The notes under the pieces are model-generated. The model was not told where the DNA came from. It did no database searches and saw only the letters and a program-made list of their open reading frames with translations. A stretch of 63,531 nucleotides of DNA, filler included, from Bigelowiella natans CCMP2755 (lineage: Eukaryota; Protista; Cercozoa), in NCBI GenBank assembly GCA_000320545.1. It is 4 parts of 4 records of this genome, joined end to end, with 100 filler letters (N's around TTAATTAATTAA, not from the genome) between each part and the next. Parts side by side here need not be neighbours in the genome. Positions count along the whole stretch, not along the records: positions 1 to 31,349 come from ADNK01001471.1; 3 more parts are not named here. One strand, written 5' to 3'. The position numbers and the translations under genes are program-made. Below, one piece after another: positions 1-12,923 of this stretch (positions are counted from its first letter, which is position 1; each line of letters starts with the position of its first letter).

Positions 1-870
1 TCAACTGATAATCCTTGAAACTATGACAGGTAGAGGCATATGACAATCTAAAATGCTTACTAATTAATTCTATAGGAATTCTTATTTCTTCCCATATCAC
101 ATACATCTTGTATTACAAATTCTTTTTTATTTACTTTAATAATTTCATAAGTGTAGTTCACATATAGTTTTGGTTTCTTATTGTACTTTTTACATACAAT
201 CTCCATACCAGCATAGTAGCAAATACCATCTACATAATTTTTTTTTCTGGGTTTCTTTTGTAGGCTATGGATATGCTTTCCTACTGAACGGGATCTAAAG
301 TTGTAAAAGGTAATGTTGTTGAGAGTTTTAACTTCACTTATACTTTTAACAACTTTAAAATATTTTTTTAATACATCAAATGGTTTAGTTTTTTCATCAT
401 TAAATATTTCTTCTTTTAATTGTGCGAGAGTATTTCTTTCCTCATCTGTTTTTACTCTCTTACAGATTTTAAGAGTTATAATGTTAGGAAACATAGCATT
501 CATAGCTTCAGTTGTTCTAACATCAATATTTTTAACATTGTTAAACAGATATTCGTTTTCAATAGGATCTAATTGAGCTAAATCACCAGTAGCAATAAAT
601 TTTTTATTAGTATGCTTATCCATAAACAACTTAATTTTTGATAGTTGGTATAGTGAATACATATAAATTTCATCAAAACAGATAACATCATGTGATGAAA
701 TATCAAATTTTCTTATGTATTTACATTCGTTGTTGTGAATATTAAGACTAAATAGCCTATGATATGTAATAGCATTATGACCGCTCTCTCTTATGTTTTG
801 GCATAATTTATTAAACGGTGCTACGAACAAGATTTTTTTACCTTTGAATTTCTTAACTGAATAACTTTTA
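1..870 (-). pseudogene. AT-rich superfamily-1 (RecD/Pif1-like) helicase relic, probably from a virophage/Polinton-like virus/transpoviron-type element
   Basis: Intronless and far more AT-rich than flanking host DNA. Motifs: remnant Walker A (..RKSY), Ia (ILFVAPFNKL), Ib (AITYHRLF), Walker B (VICFDEIYM), III (IATGDLAQLDP), IV (LKICKR). A shifted frame at 1-90 reads IPIELISKHFRLSYASTCHS then, after a second shift, QGLSV (motif V), so two frameshifts. Confidence 0.75.
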
Positions 871-1390
871 CGTGGTGCATGCAACATGAAAAGTCCTTCA
901 CAGTTCTCCAGGTGTGCGGTGCACGAGCTAGCGAGACGTTTGAGCTCGATGTGCGCACACGTGCTGTGCGTGTACACGCGCACAACATACATGCACACCC
1001 CACCTGGCATGGAGAGGCCAGCTTCAAAGCACACGCTGCAATTGATCAGCAATTTCGTGTTGTGCACATGCTTGCGTGATGGACAAAGTGATGTCACGCG
1101 CATGAATGCTCCAGCCAGATGCCATGATCAAAAACTTCTACATGCGACGCGTACACGCAAAATAGCTGTGTACAATTGCATCGTTTGTTTCACTGCAGCG
1201 CATCAACATGTGAAACAGTTGGAATTGTCATTGTTGTAGTTCTGCACACAACGCAGGCAGTGACCATCCAGCGCACATGAATTGTGTGAAAGTTGCGCTG
1301 GCACATGTGACTTGGAGCAAGCTCAAAATTTCATATTTCAGCAACACACTTGATGGATTTTCTAAATCATGTCATACTTAGACCAAATCT
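871..1390. repeat. Decayed CA/TG-rich, TpA-poor relic sequence
   Basis: About 8 TA dinucleotides in 871-1330, with abundant CATG/TGCA/CACA and CpG retained. Abrupt compositional switch at ~870. Confidence 0.55.
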
Positions 1391-1446
1391 AATTATTGTG
1401 AAAGAAAGGGGGGGAGGGTGGGGGAATCGCTAGTAGATATTTTACA

Positions 1447-2688
1447 CTATTTATTCCGCAGACAGGCACGGCTGAAGAGAAAACGGATCGCGGTGGAGAA
1501 TGGACGAAACCTAAATTCACAAATGTATCTCAGAATCTTATGAGGCGTTTTAAAGTAAATCCGATTATTGATCTAGAACCATATGTACGTGCATACCCGG
1601 GCATATTCAGAGCGTCCGGATAGAATGCCGCTAGGCCTAGGGGAAAAATGCAATAATGATATTATGTACATAATTCACGTAGGCGTCATCACTATTACAT
1701 AATTATCTTCGTCATCATCATCGCCATGCATGCTCTCCCCCCCCTCCCCCCTCGCCACATAAATGTGCGCTGTGCTATGTTATGCTGTGTGTGGGTTGGG
1801 GGGGGGGGGGGGGGGGCTTTTTACTGCTAATATTTCTACCAGCAACAGTGGATATCAGGTTCGTGAAGCCCACACTCTTTATCTGAAGCAAATGGATGAA
1901 GTAAATGAGAGTTGATGAAAATGGAAATTTAAAAGCGGTGCTGATGGTGGTGACGATGAGATAACATGCAGGATTATAAACAGCAACGACAGCAGGAATC
2001 GATACACAGAACTATAAAGTTATGAGGGTAGAGCGATTTTTGTAGTAAACGACGCGTCTAAGTCAATAAATCTGTGTTAAATGCCTTCCCTCCTCATCAT
2101 CCTCCTCCTCCTTCTCCTCCCACCATCATCACTATCACCACCACCACTATTACTACTACTACTACTACTACTACTACTACCGCAATTGCTAGGACAACCG
2201 GATACCAGCTTTCGTTAATACTGGAACTAATTGTGAAGAGATTGTACGATATAAACTTATTTTAGTCGCAGGCATAACGTAGAGCATGTAGCTTTCTTCT
2301 TCAACAAATCAGGGCAAACGACTCTACGCAACACGCTACGCTACATTACACAATCGTAGTACCCGAGGACCCCTGTTCTAAGGGCGCTCTGCAGTATTTT
2401 GTCAGCGTTGGCGATTGATTTCTGAGCGTCGTTTATGGTAGGGGTTTTGATCTGTAGCTCGATATATAGCTGCGTGCTTGTGTACGTGCACTTCTGTGCG
2501 TGCGCGTGTATGCGTGTGTAAGTCAGCTGTTATGTTTACTACCATTTTCGTAATAATTGAAGGAGACTCGCAGAGCCTGGCAAATCAAGAACCGAACGTT
2601 ATTATCATCATCATCATCATCATCAGATTCGATGAGAAGGGAGCACGCCTCTGCCCATCTACCAAGGCAAACGCGAGATTGCAGCTTG

Positions 2689-2720
<32 letters not shown>

Positions 2721-3714
2721 GCTGCTGCTACTACTACGACTTTTACCTTGAAATTTCCGCACCCAAGGCCCTGATAAGACCGTGATTGTCTTCTTCTAGG
2801 CCACCTGTTATGAGAAGGAGCAGCCGCTTGCGGATTCCCGTAGGAGGAAAAGTCATTTCGAGGAGGGGGGTGGTGGATGAGAGGGGCATAGAAACTGAGG
2901 CGCTGCCGTAGGTCCAGGCATGTGATTCACATGATACAGATGCTGCCCTCTGGTTGGAAGAAGAGCCTTTGGCGTCATGGTCTTCGTGCAGGAGTTTGGA
3001 GAGCATCTCTGGAGGTTAACACACCAGGCATCATCATTAGCAATAGCAGTAAGTAACCCAATGAAATGGCGCTCGTAAAACGGAAACTACAAGAACATGT
3101 GGGTGGCTTTGACGCCGCGAAGGGGATGATTAGCAATAAAATCGTAGAGCTTTCTCAGGCATTCCCCGTCGAGTGTTAATTTTGATACATCTGATATGCT
3201 CACCAGAGAATTGCTGGTTTCGACTAGGGCAGCCTCTGAACAATGCCTCATGGCTTGCAAGTCCGATGAAAAAGTCCCGAAGATGCACAACCTGCTTATC
3301 CACACGCCCCCCCCGGAATAAATCGTGACGACATAGTGACGACGATAATAAAAATATTCTCTTCTTCTTCTTCTTCTTCTTCTTTAAAGTTATCCTTACG
3401 TTTTTCCTGAGATTGAGACCACTAACAGCCTTGGCGTCTCTCCCCCCATCTTCATTGCTATCATAGAAGGCAGATGTTTCTGCTGGTATGTTGTCGTTCG
3501 TGTATCTATGATAAATAAACCAGGAAAGGGAGGAGGAGAGGAGGAGGGTGAGGAGGAGGAGAAACACAACGAGGAGAAGGCGGCTAAGGAGAGTGGGATA
3601 GACAGCAAATTGTGCTCCTCAAACATTCGGTACCACTACACTAAAAGACAGATTTGATGGAGAACGATGAGAAAGAGGGAAAGAGGCGGAAGGACATTAG
3701 CAAAGTGCAGATAT

Positions 3715-3759
<45 letters not shown>

Positions 3760-6700
3760 GCTCTCTCTTACTTACTGGGCAACAATATCCTGAATGGTTT
3801 TCAACTTTTTGCTGCAGCTTCGACACATAAACGCATCGATAATGAGCTCGCATTCCATAGAAGGGGGGGAGGAGGACGCCACCGCTGTGCCGCTTTCTGC
3901 TTCTACCTCGCAGCGGCGCGTTCTAATGTCTGTGTTGTTGGCCTGGCTACTCCTCCTCTTCACCCTCGTCCGACTTCCTCGTGTAGTGTCGACACCGTCA
4001 AATCGGAAGGTCTTTGTTTCATCATCTTCTCCCCCTTTCTCTCCTCTTTCTCCGGCCGCTATCGTCGTCCCTCTACTGGGAGAGGTCTCTTCCTCTTCCG
4101 ACGCAATGCTTGCTGCAGCCGAGGAGGAAAACGAAGCTGCGGTCTTGACTGTCTCGCTGCACTCACCAACAGCGCCTCCGCCGTCATTTTCCTCGCCAGC
4201 GGCGTGGTCTCCATCGCCACTATCACTACCATTTTCATGACCGTGCTCTTCCCGCCCCGCCTCCTCATCGAAGCAGCTTGGCGGTGCCGAGGCCAATGCT
4301 TCAGACACAGCTTTAATGAACTCCTTTGTTCTACTGCTGCTGCTGCTGCCAGTGCTAATGCCTGTCGCTGTGGTTAAGCAAGAGAGAGACTGACGGGAAG
4401 AAATGAAGTGCAATGCCTCAACAGCTTGCTGCTCCCGCAGACGCGCCCTCTCCATATCCTGGGATATCCGAAAGTCGAACTCCGCTGAACGGTTGTGAGA
4501 GGAGGGAGGGAAGGAGGGAGGGGCGGGAGGGGCGGGAGGGAAAGAAATTAGAAAAAAGCAAAACAAAGGACATGCTGGCTTTCTGGATTGTGACGATTCG
4601 AAACATGAGCGAATCTGGATCTGCGGGGTTTTTTGCTTCCAGAAAGGCGTGTGCACGTACATAAACCATAACGCAATGGGCCTGCCTCTGAGCAAACAGC
4701 ACGGCAATGCAGGATGACGATGTCCCCCCCTCCTCCTCTCCTCCTCCTTCGTTTTTATCCATGTGTTGTACTGACCTAAGGCTCGAATCCCACAATATAC
4801 TGTGTGTCTCCATTCAGAGTATATCATAGATATCCTCTTGATAAGCCATCGTGGAAGCATCCTACCCCCCCCCCTTTGTCTCCCCGCCGATGTCCGGCGC
4901 TTCTTCTCCTTCTTTTTCTTTTTCTGTGTTGTCGTCATTGCCTTTTCTATAGTAACAGGGAGGGAGGGAGGCCCTTCCCCATCGTCTACGAGATCTTCCT
5001 TCAACGCATTCGATACTGCTTTGAGAGCTCCCTGCAATGCGAGGCTCTGGGGACAGTAAAAAAGAAAAGAAGCAAGTGATGAGAAAAGGCAACTGAGAGA
5101 GGGGGATCAGGAGAGAAAGGAGGGGGAGTCGTGACGGTGGTGATATTCATGTGTCAATGGATAAAACGGGTTTCGATCGTCGTCGCACGTATAGATAGAT
5201 GGCGCTTCAGTAAATTTTATACCTCCCCCAGCCTGCCACCAACCTCCAGCTTTCTATACATTTCCTGCAAGCTGCAGCCGAAACTAATCGTGGTTACGGA
5301 TGGGGATGAGGTCAACGCAACAATGAGAAAGGTGAGCGGTGGAGATAGGGTGGTAGTTGTGGTGGAAGGATAAGTTGTCCGCATAACCTGATTGGCGGCA
5401 GTCCACTTGCAACCTTGATGAGTGTCTCGACAGCTTTTGCTAGCTCATGACGGGATGGTAATGGTAATGATGATTGTGATGATGGCGGTGGATGAATTAT
5501 CTCTTCCTCCCCCCCCCCCTCCTTCTTGTCGCTGCTTTCATCTTGACCAGGATCAGCAGTAGCGGCCAGTAGCTTTTCCTTCAAGTTGACTTGAGGTAGG
5601 GTAAAGCCCTCAACTTCAGGCAGCAATGCGAACAATGGTGGCCTGATCTTTCGAGCTACCCCCCCCCCATCCCCATCCTCAGCACCATCGTCGCTATCGT
5701 CGTTCTGCTTGGGAGAGTAAACGCAAAAGGTGGGGCGGGAAGTGACGAAACGATCATCATTGAACGCATAAAAACAAACAACATCGCAACGACGTCGGTA
5801 GCTGCAACCATCTATAAGCATCAATTGTGACCGAAAGCACTACTTTGCGGGAAACATAGAAATGCAGTCTGCAGATAGATACCTCCCCAATTACATGCGA
5901 AGTTGACTCGTTTTCTTGATCAAATGAAGCGACCATTCCTGTAGGCGTGTGCGTGTGCGTGTGCGTGTTGTATTTGTGATTGTGTTTGTGTTGTGTGTCT
6001 CCCGCAAGTGGCTATTATATCGATCAGCAGGTGCGGGGCAAGCTCAACATCGTGCGAAATGAATGGCAAGCGGCATTATCGTCATTGCTATCGTTATCAA
6101 TGGAGGGGCATGGTGGTGGTGGTGGTGGTGGTGGTGGTGGTGGGGATGATGGTAGGGGTTATAATTGTGACAATGACAATGATAGCCACGCCACACTAAT
6201 ATCGAGAGAAAGGGATCAGCAGTCAGTACCGTATGGGTTTTGACTGGGAAAGGAGTGCGGGCGAGAGCAAGCCCCGCCCTTATCATCAGGGTCCCCCAAT
6301 GCTTCAAGAGCAGCGCTGACAACCTTTGGAAGAGATTTGGAAAATCGGGGGCCTGTGCCGTAGCTGCGTATGATGGGATGGACGGTCGGGCGAAAAAGGA
6401 GGAGTGTTAGACATTGCGAAGAGGTGCAGGCAGAGGGTAAAAAAGGAGGAGGAGGAGGGTAGAAGAACATCATGGCAGCAGCTGGTCCTTCATCGATCTT
6501 ATTTGTCGTGCGTGTGTTTTGTGGTGGTGATTCTGGTGTAAATCGTGCCCTTCTCAATGCTTTGCCAGAGGACGGTCTTAAGCGATGAGGGCGGTTAGCA
6601 GCGGCACGCTGCTTCAGAAAGACAGAGAGAGACGGGGGGGGGGACACGAACCCGAAGCCTCGGTGATAGTGATGGTATAGCAGACGGTGTAAGGTCCTTG

Positions 6701-8100
6701 CATCTCTTTTCGAGATCATGATAGGAGTTGTTGGAAAGTCCTGTCAAAACGGGGCAGTCAGTCATCATGCACTCCCCGTGTTTCCCACGTACATTAGCTA
6801 CAACATAACCACCATCAACATAAAAGACAAATGATGCGATGCGACCCGACCTTCAAATCCCGCATTTCAGCTGTCATGATCGAGCAAAAACTAGCAGCGT
6901 TGTCCGTTGTTGGACCAGCACCGTCACTGTTAATGAGGGGGCGGGTTGCGCTACCTCGACTACTACTGCTGGTGCTGCTACTGCTGCCGCTAGAGACTGT
7001 GCGTTTGTCGCGTCCTAATCCGATCGCTGTCTTTAGATAGTGCCTTAGACTTAACCTCATTGGTGGTAGGAAGGCATAAAGAGAGCCTTCATGCTGCCGG
7101 GCTCGCCTCTTGTTCTTCCCCATACTGTTATTGTTGCTATCATTGTTGTTACTGTTCTCCAACTGTCGCCGCCGATGCTGAGCAGTGACCTCGTAAGAGC
7201 TCATCGCCCTCCGTCCGCGGTAATGTTTGTGCGTGCTGGAAGCACAGGCTTTGCCGCTATCACTGGCCTTTCCCACTCCAAATGCGCCCTGTACAGCACA
7301 GCCATCGCTACCTCTTCTTTGGATGGCATTCGAGGGTATAGAGGTATGAGAGGGACCGTTGTTGATGGAGAGCTGCTGTCGGCTGTCATCAGCCTCCCCC
7401 CCCCTCCCTGCAAGAGCTGATATGAGGGAGGCTATGGTGCGAAGCTCTCTCCGAGCGGCGAGATTCACGGGCAAGTGGCCAGAGACCCCGAGGCTCTCTG
7501 CGTGCACTAATGCATATGGAACAAGCTCGCCGAAAACGAATCCTGCCGACAACCAGTCATTGAATAGGAGGAAGGGGGGGGGGGGGGGGGGGGGGGGGGA
7601 AAGCACCAATCGTCATTATCATCACAAGAATCCTATTACAATGACCGATCCACGCATAAATAGCATAAGTACGATGCTTTCACTTACCCCAGGGTGCTGG
7701 TAGCTCTGTTATTATTGTCTTCTTACGCGGAGGGGCGACATTGCTCTTTTGTCTACGCAGTCTTGACGAATGCACCTGGTAAGGGGGGGGGAAGATGGGG
7801 GAGAAGATAAGGTAGGTAGATTGCAGATTGGTCCAAGAACGTAGCCACCAGAAGTATAGGGATAGGCTTTTCCTCTTGTTGCAGTGCTCGTCTTCCCTCT
7901 GAGGCAGATCTACCGGATCCGTTACGTGTCGACGAAGCCGAGTCTTTCTCCTCTTCAACGTTGCACCCTGACGGTCCTCCGAAGCTGCTTTTTGCTGCTC
8001 GATTTGCTAGGTTTGCCAGCTTCAACAAGCCTCTCGGGATCCTGTCCGTCAATATCGTACAGGACAAACACAATTATCGATGGGTATATGATGATGATGG

Positions 8101-8132
<32 letters not shown>

Positions 8133-11100
8133 ATGGCGCGGTGGTAGTAGGGGCATTAGCGGGCTGCTGCTGTGCTTGCAATACTATCGCTATCGTCGTA
8201 TCGTGTTGATTTTCGCAACTCTCCTCCTCCTCCTCCTCCTCCTCATCGTGATCACCCAGGTAATGCTCTCAGAAGTGATTGCACGAGTCGGGAAAGGTAT
8301 GGAAGTAGGTGCTGCTGCTTCCTGGCAGCTTGCAGCTCTTCTTCCTGAGAAGAAGATAGACCCCCATCGTTGCCCTGCTGGCTCTGCTCCTTCTTGATTT
8401 GCGAGCCTTGCGTCGCAGCCGTTGCCGTTTGCATTTAAGACCGATATGTTCATCCATCCATCGAGTAAAGTACACGCGTCGACAGACACATAGAAAGAGA
8501 GAGGGAGAGGGAGAGAGAAAGAGCGTTTGTTACTCAACCGATCAACGTGTGGGTCATTTTCATATTCAACGTACGAGCAATCGTCTGGACGAGAGGGCCC
8601 AACGTGACCCGTAGCCATCTGCTTCCGCATCGTCGGCAGAACTCTCGGATCACCTTCAGCAATCAGAAAAATGAAAAAATAACAACAATTAAAATAATCA
8701 TTATCACCATCATCCCATCATCATGGAAGTGGCAGCAGCAAAAGGAGCGGCTGGTCCGTAGGACGATAAGTCACCTTCCGCAGCGAGTGGAAAGGGGGAT
8801 GGTGGTTTATATTACAGCTTGCTATGCTTACGCTATATTGTACGTATATTGCCCCGTAGCTTCCCCCTCTCGCTCACCGCTACTTCCAACAGCGGGTTCC
8901 GATGGTAGGGACTTGCACTGAACTCAGTCAAGTGGCCCTCTTCGCTTTCTACGTCATCTTCATCCAAAGTGAATATCCTGGGTAGAGGTGCTGGGAAGGC
9001 CGAGATGAGGGCAAGGGCAGCACTCTCGCCATCACTGCTTGATAAATCACCGCCGCGCTCTACAGGAGAGCTATATCTATTTAGGAAGAAGAGGGAGAAC
9101 GGTAGGAGAAGGGGGGAGGGGGGAGGGGGAGAGAATAGGGGGCGATGATGATCGTATTTTTATTTCTATAAATCCGTCCACCAGATGGGAAGTCTTGAGC
9201 TACTAAGAGGATTAATCTATCAAGACAACCCTACCCGCAGATTTCGGCGATGATAACGCGAGCAAGATTCGCAGGGTCGGACTTCCTTGGAGGACCTGAG
9301 CCTAGCGCTGCACCAATCACCTAACAATTGCAAACGCGGTGATGAGTGCACGCCGGACACTACCGGCTGACTACAAGCTAAACCATGATGGGATGTAAGT
9401 GTTCATAATCCGAGCGCAATATCATCAAGTCTTCTTATTTTTAAGCAACCCCTGATGCCAGGGGCTATCTGTTATTGCTGCCAGCATAAGGGTACTATAC
9501 ACAAACAAGTAGGATCCGGTAATCCACCTCTGGAAATCCCCTAAGACTGCGTAAGAGCTGCGCGTAGCTGTGTCCCATAGTCATCATCGTCGACGCCAGA
9601 ATTTCAACATGTATTTCGGGGAGGCCCGGGGGGCGGGGGGGGGGGAGAAACAAAATTGATGAGAAGGAATACGCAGCAGCTCCAAGCTGTCTAGGTTTTC
9701 TTGCAAAATTAGAGCGCGAACCCAACTGCCCACCTCCCTTGATTTTAGATTACTAAATAAATATCACGACACCTGTTGCCCCCCCCCCCGTCGTAGCGGC
9801 CAGGTGTTTCGAAGGATATGTAACCCGTTCCTGTCGATGAGAAAGAGAAGGAGGAGAAGGAGGAGAAGTAAGAGGGGAGGGAGGGGAGAAAGATGACGAT
9901 GAAATAATTCAGATTCTATTGCTAAAAGGTGAAACATCCTATACTCCTTCTTTTAGAAGAGAGACAGTAGCCGCGATCATCGGTGTTTTCATCACGAACG
10001 TCTTTCGTAGAAACATCTTTTGCACATTTCAATCGGAGCATATAATGCGATCCTTCTATGATCTCCTAATATCCGGCTCGCTTCCACTACACTTCACCGC
10101 TATGACTGCTGCTACCTGTCCTCTTCAAAGAGGGTGGGAGAAAGGAACGCTTGCAAGGCGGAGTCCCCTCTGTTGAATGAAACACAGCGAAGACTGAGAA
10201 GACATTTACCATCGAACCCACAACAGCTACTGACACAGCAAGAGCAACCCAAACAATACATCACTATTTTGCTGCGCCTGCTGCATTTTGACTAGTTGTT
10301 TCATCAACATCTTTCGATTCTAGGGAGTGCATGAGTGCTTGTTTATGCATGACCGAGCTCCATTGACATAGGTTGGTTGCCTGAGGAATATCATCATCAT
10401 CATCATCATCATCATTCATCACAACGTCCATCATCATTTTTGTCATCACCGCCATCAGGCAGGCTTCGATATCGTTATCGTCTGTTTAGAAGGCTACCGT
10501 GACGTCGCCGCCTAGTAATACTGCTTTTGGAGCTGCAATTGCTTGAGTGGGCTCGAGCAGCTGCCATAGAAGCTTCCTTCTCGGCGTAATATGCCTTGAA
10601 ATTGGTATGGTATCATTCAAAATATTCACTCCAATGTATTAATTTGTCCACGGGTAATTAAGGTATGGAACTAGCTTATAGCTGCTGCGACACAGTTTCA
10701 AAGACGCACAATAACTCTTCCCCGACCCCCACCTACCCCTGGTGACAACATCCTGTTACCTTTCTTAATGCAGCGCGGAGAGCCATAATTCTTTCTCTCA
10801 CTCTGTTTTTAAGATGAACTTAGACTTAAAAAAAGAACATGAAGGTAATGGGTGGAAGAAATGGCGTTGCAAAACTGTCGAGCGACGGAGCCAAAGTAAA
10901 AAAGCAGAGGAATACAGACACTTAATAAAACAATACGCATTAGTGTCTTTATTACGGGGCGATGGAGAGCCTATGGGCACTATGTGCAAGGCGACATTCA
11001 AGCATTTCCTTTTGAATGATCTGAAAAGACAAGGTGGGGGTATGGTGTATTGCAGAGCGTGGTAGTAGCCATATGCTGGAGGCAATGTTGCAAGAACGAC

Positions 11101-11960
11101 GACACATATAACACCAACGCTAACGTAACCACAGTATTGGAACGGCCGGGAGCTATCTCTATTATAAAATTTTATTACACATATTTGTTTGTTTGCTGGC
11201 TACCCGTATGGAATCCGCGTCATCGTCATCATAGCGTTGTTCGGAAGATGACGGACATGCACCTGCTGAAACATCGGTCTGCCTTTTCTGTGTTTTTTGC
11301 CGGCGTTTAGTCTTTTCTTTTTGGTAGCAAGGCTTTGAATGCATTGGTTCATGCTGATCTTTCGATCCCCTCCCTATCCTGCAGTGATCGTTGGCCTGGC
11401 ATTTGCCATCGTAATCGCCATTGTTATGATAACAGAAGCGGTCGCTCTTGGTGCCACCCTTGCCATTCTTATTGGAATATTTCGTTTCTGCAGGGGTGGA
11501 GAGGTTTTTCCCCTTGCCTTCTGTCGTCTCGCCATGATTGCTGCCACCGGGTTTTCCGATTTTAGCGGCGATAATTGGAGGATGGGGTGGGGGGATCTCC
11601 GGTCCCTCGAGTCCCATCGTTGTGCTGCCGGTGATGGACCTTCCTTCAGAACAAAGAAGAAAGGGGGAGGAGGAAGGAAGATTGGACGAGAGCAGCACTT
11701 CAGCATCGGATTTGGAGCGCGATGCTCTCATATTGCTGGGGTCTGGGGCAAGGGAGCTTGTGTTACGGTTCTGGTGGTGAAGTGAGAAGCAACGCTTCCT
11801 GCATCGTCTCAGTCCTGTTGAATAAACAACGCATGATTAAAAGCAGTATGTTGCGGCTAATTCGTCCCTTTCCGACACGTGTTTCCTCCCCCCCCAATGT
11901 GTACCCCTACACCTACCTGGAAAGGCTGGAACGAACGATGAAACCTTTCCAAATAGTCAG
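1447..11960 (-). CDS. Large multi-exon protein of unknown function with helical segments, low-complexity inserts and a putative C2HC (UBZ-like) zinc finger
   Basis: Protein-like minus-strand exons separated by GT-AG introns containing microsatellites (e.g. LVPYALVHAESLG, LAKAVETLIKVASGLPP, RWLIKRISMIYSEWRH). The last exons splice in phase: IKSVGFTNLISTVA|GLAAFYPDALNMP|GFRPFSTAIRFLFSRACLRNK*. The 5' end is uncertain and this could be more than one gene. Confidence 0.55.
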
Positions 11961-12620
11961 ACATCTAATGGGACTCACTTCCGCTCGATGGATGGGAAAA
12001 CACAGCCGATTTTCCCATATACGACAGGGACATAATCACTGCTCGCTGTTATATTTGGAGTGAAAAAACCGGGACTGAGGGTACCCCCCTTCCCACGTGA
12101 GTACCCCTCCGACCTTCTCGCGCTTTCTCCTGGAAAAGAGAGAGCGCCTTGGACAAAAGTTGACCGGGCAAAGTTCCCGAGCGCGTGCTGTCCACACTGC
12201 CGCTCTCGTGTGCGCCAAAAGCAGTTGACAACCGGGACGGGTTCTTTTGCTTGCGCGCCCCCCTGGTTTTTTGGGCGAGGTGGGTCAGAAAATTGCAGAT
12301 GTTTGGCCGTGAGGGGATGAGTCTGCTTTTTGCGTTCGACTTTTTCCTGGTTTCCTATAGGGTTTCCCACAATTTTCCAATTGAAAATCTCAAAGTTTTT
12401 GACTTGCGACAGACACCGCTGTTCCGTGTGTGTGTATTCAAAATTCTGTTGTCGCAGGGAGAATATTAGAGTAGAATATTATAGAAAGAAGCGGGTTCCC
12501 TTTAGCACTTGCGACAGACATTCTCAGAACGTGATCACCTCGCCCCATCCATTCATCCGCGGATACGCGGCAGGGTTGTCCTCTCGAGCTCTAGGTGCGT
12601 GTGTGGAAGTGAGTAAGTGC

Positions 12621-12664
<44 letters not shown>

Positions 12665-12755
12665 TTTGTGATATGTGATGTGGTGGTGATGGTGGTGACG
12701 AAGGAATCACAATGATGGAGATGACATGATGATGATGATGCTGATGCTGATGATG

Positions 12756-12795
<40 letters not shown>

Positions 12796-12923
12796 TTGTG
12801 TGTGCCGCACCGTGACGCGCATACTATTTTTATAGTGTCAATTGAGCGCTATTCTTAACCAAAGACATGCTTGGCGTGCAACAGGTTGGATATTGGTGAG
12901 AAAGGAAGCAGTCACGCGAAGAA

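Noticed and set aside
1460-2260. A plus-strand gene near the window start
   Set aside because: Minus-strand exons splice in phase to a stop at 1447 and explain the region better.
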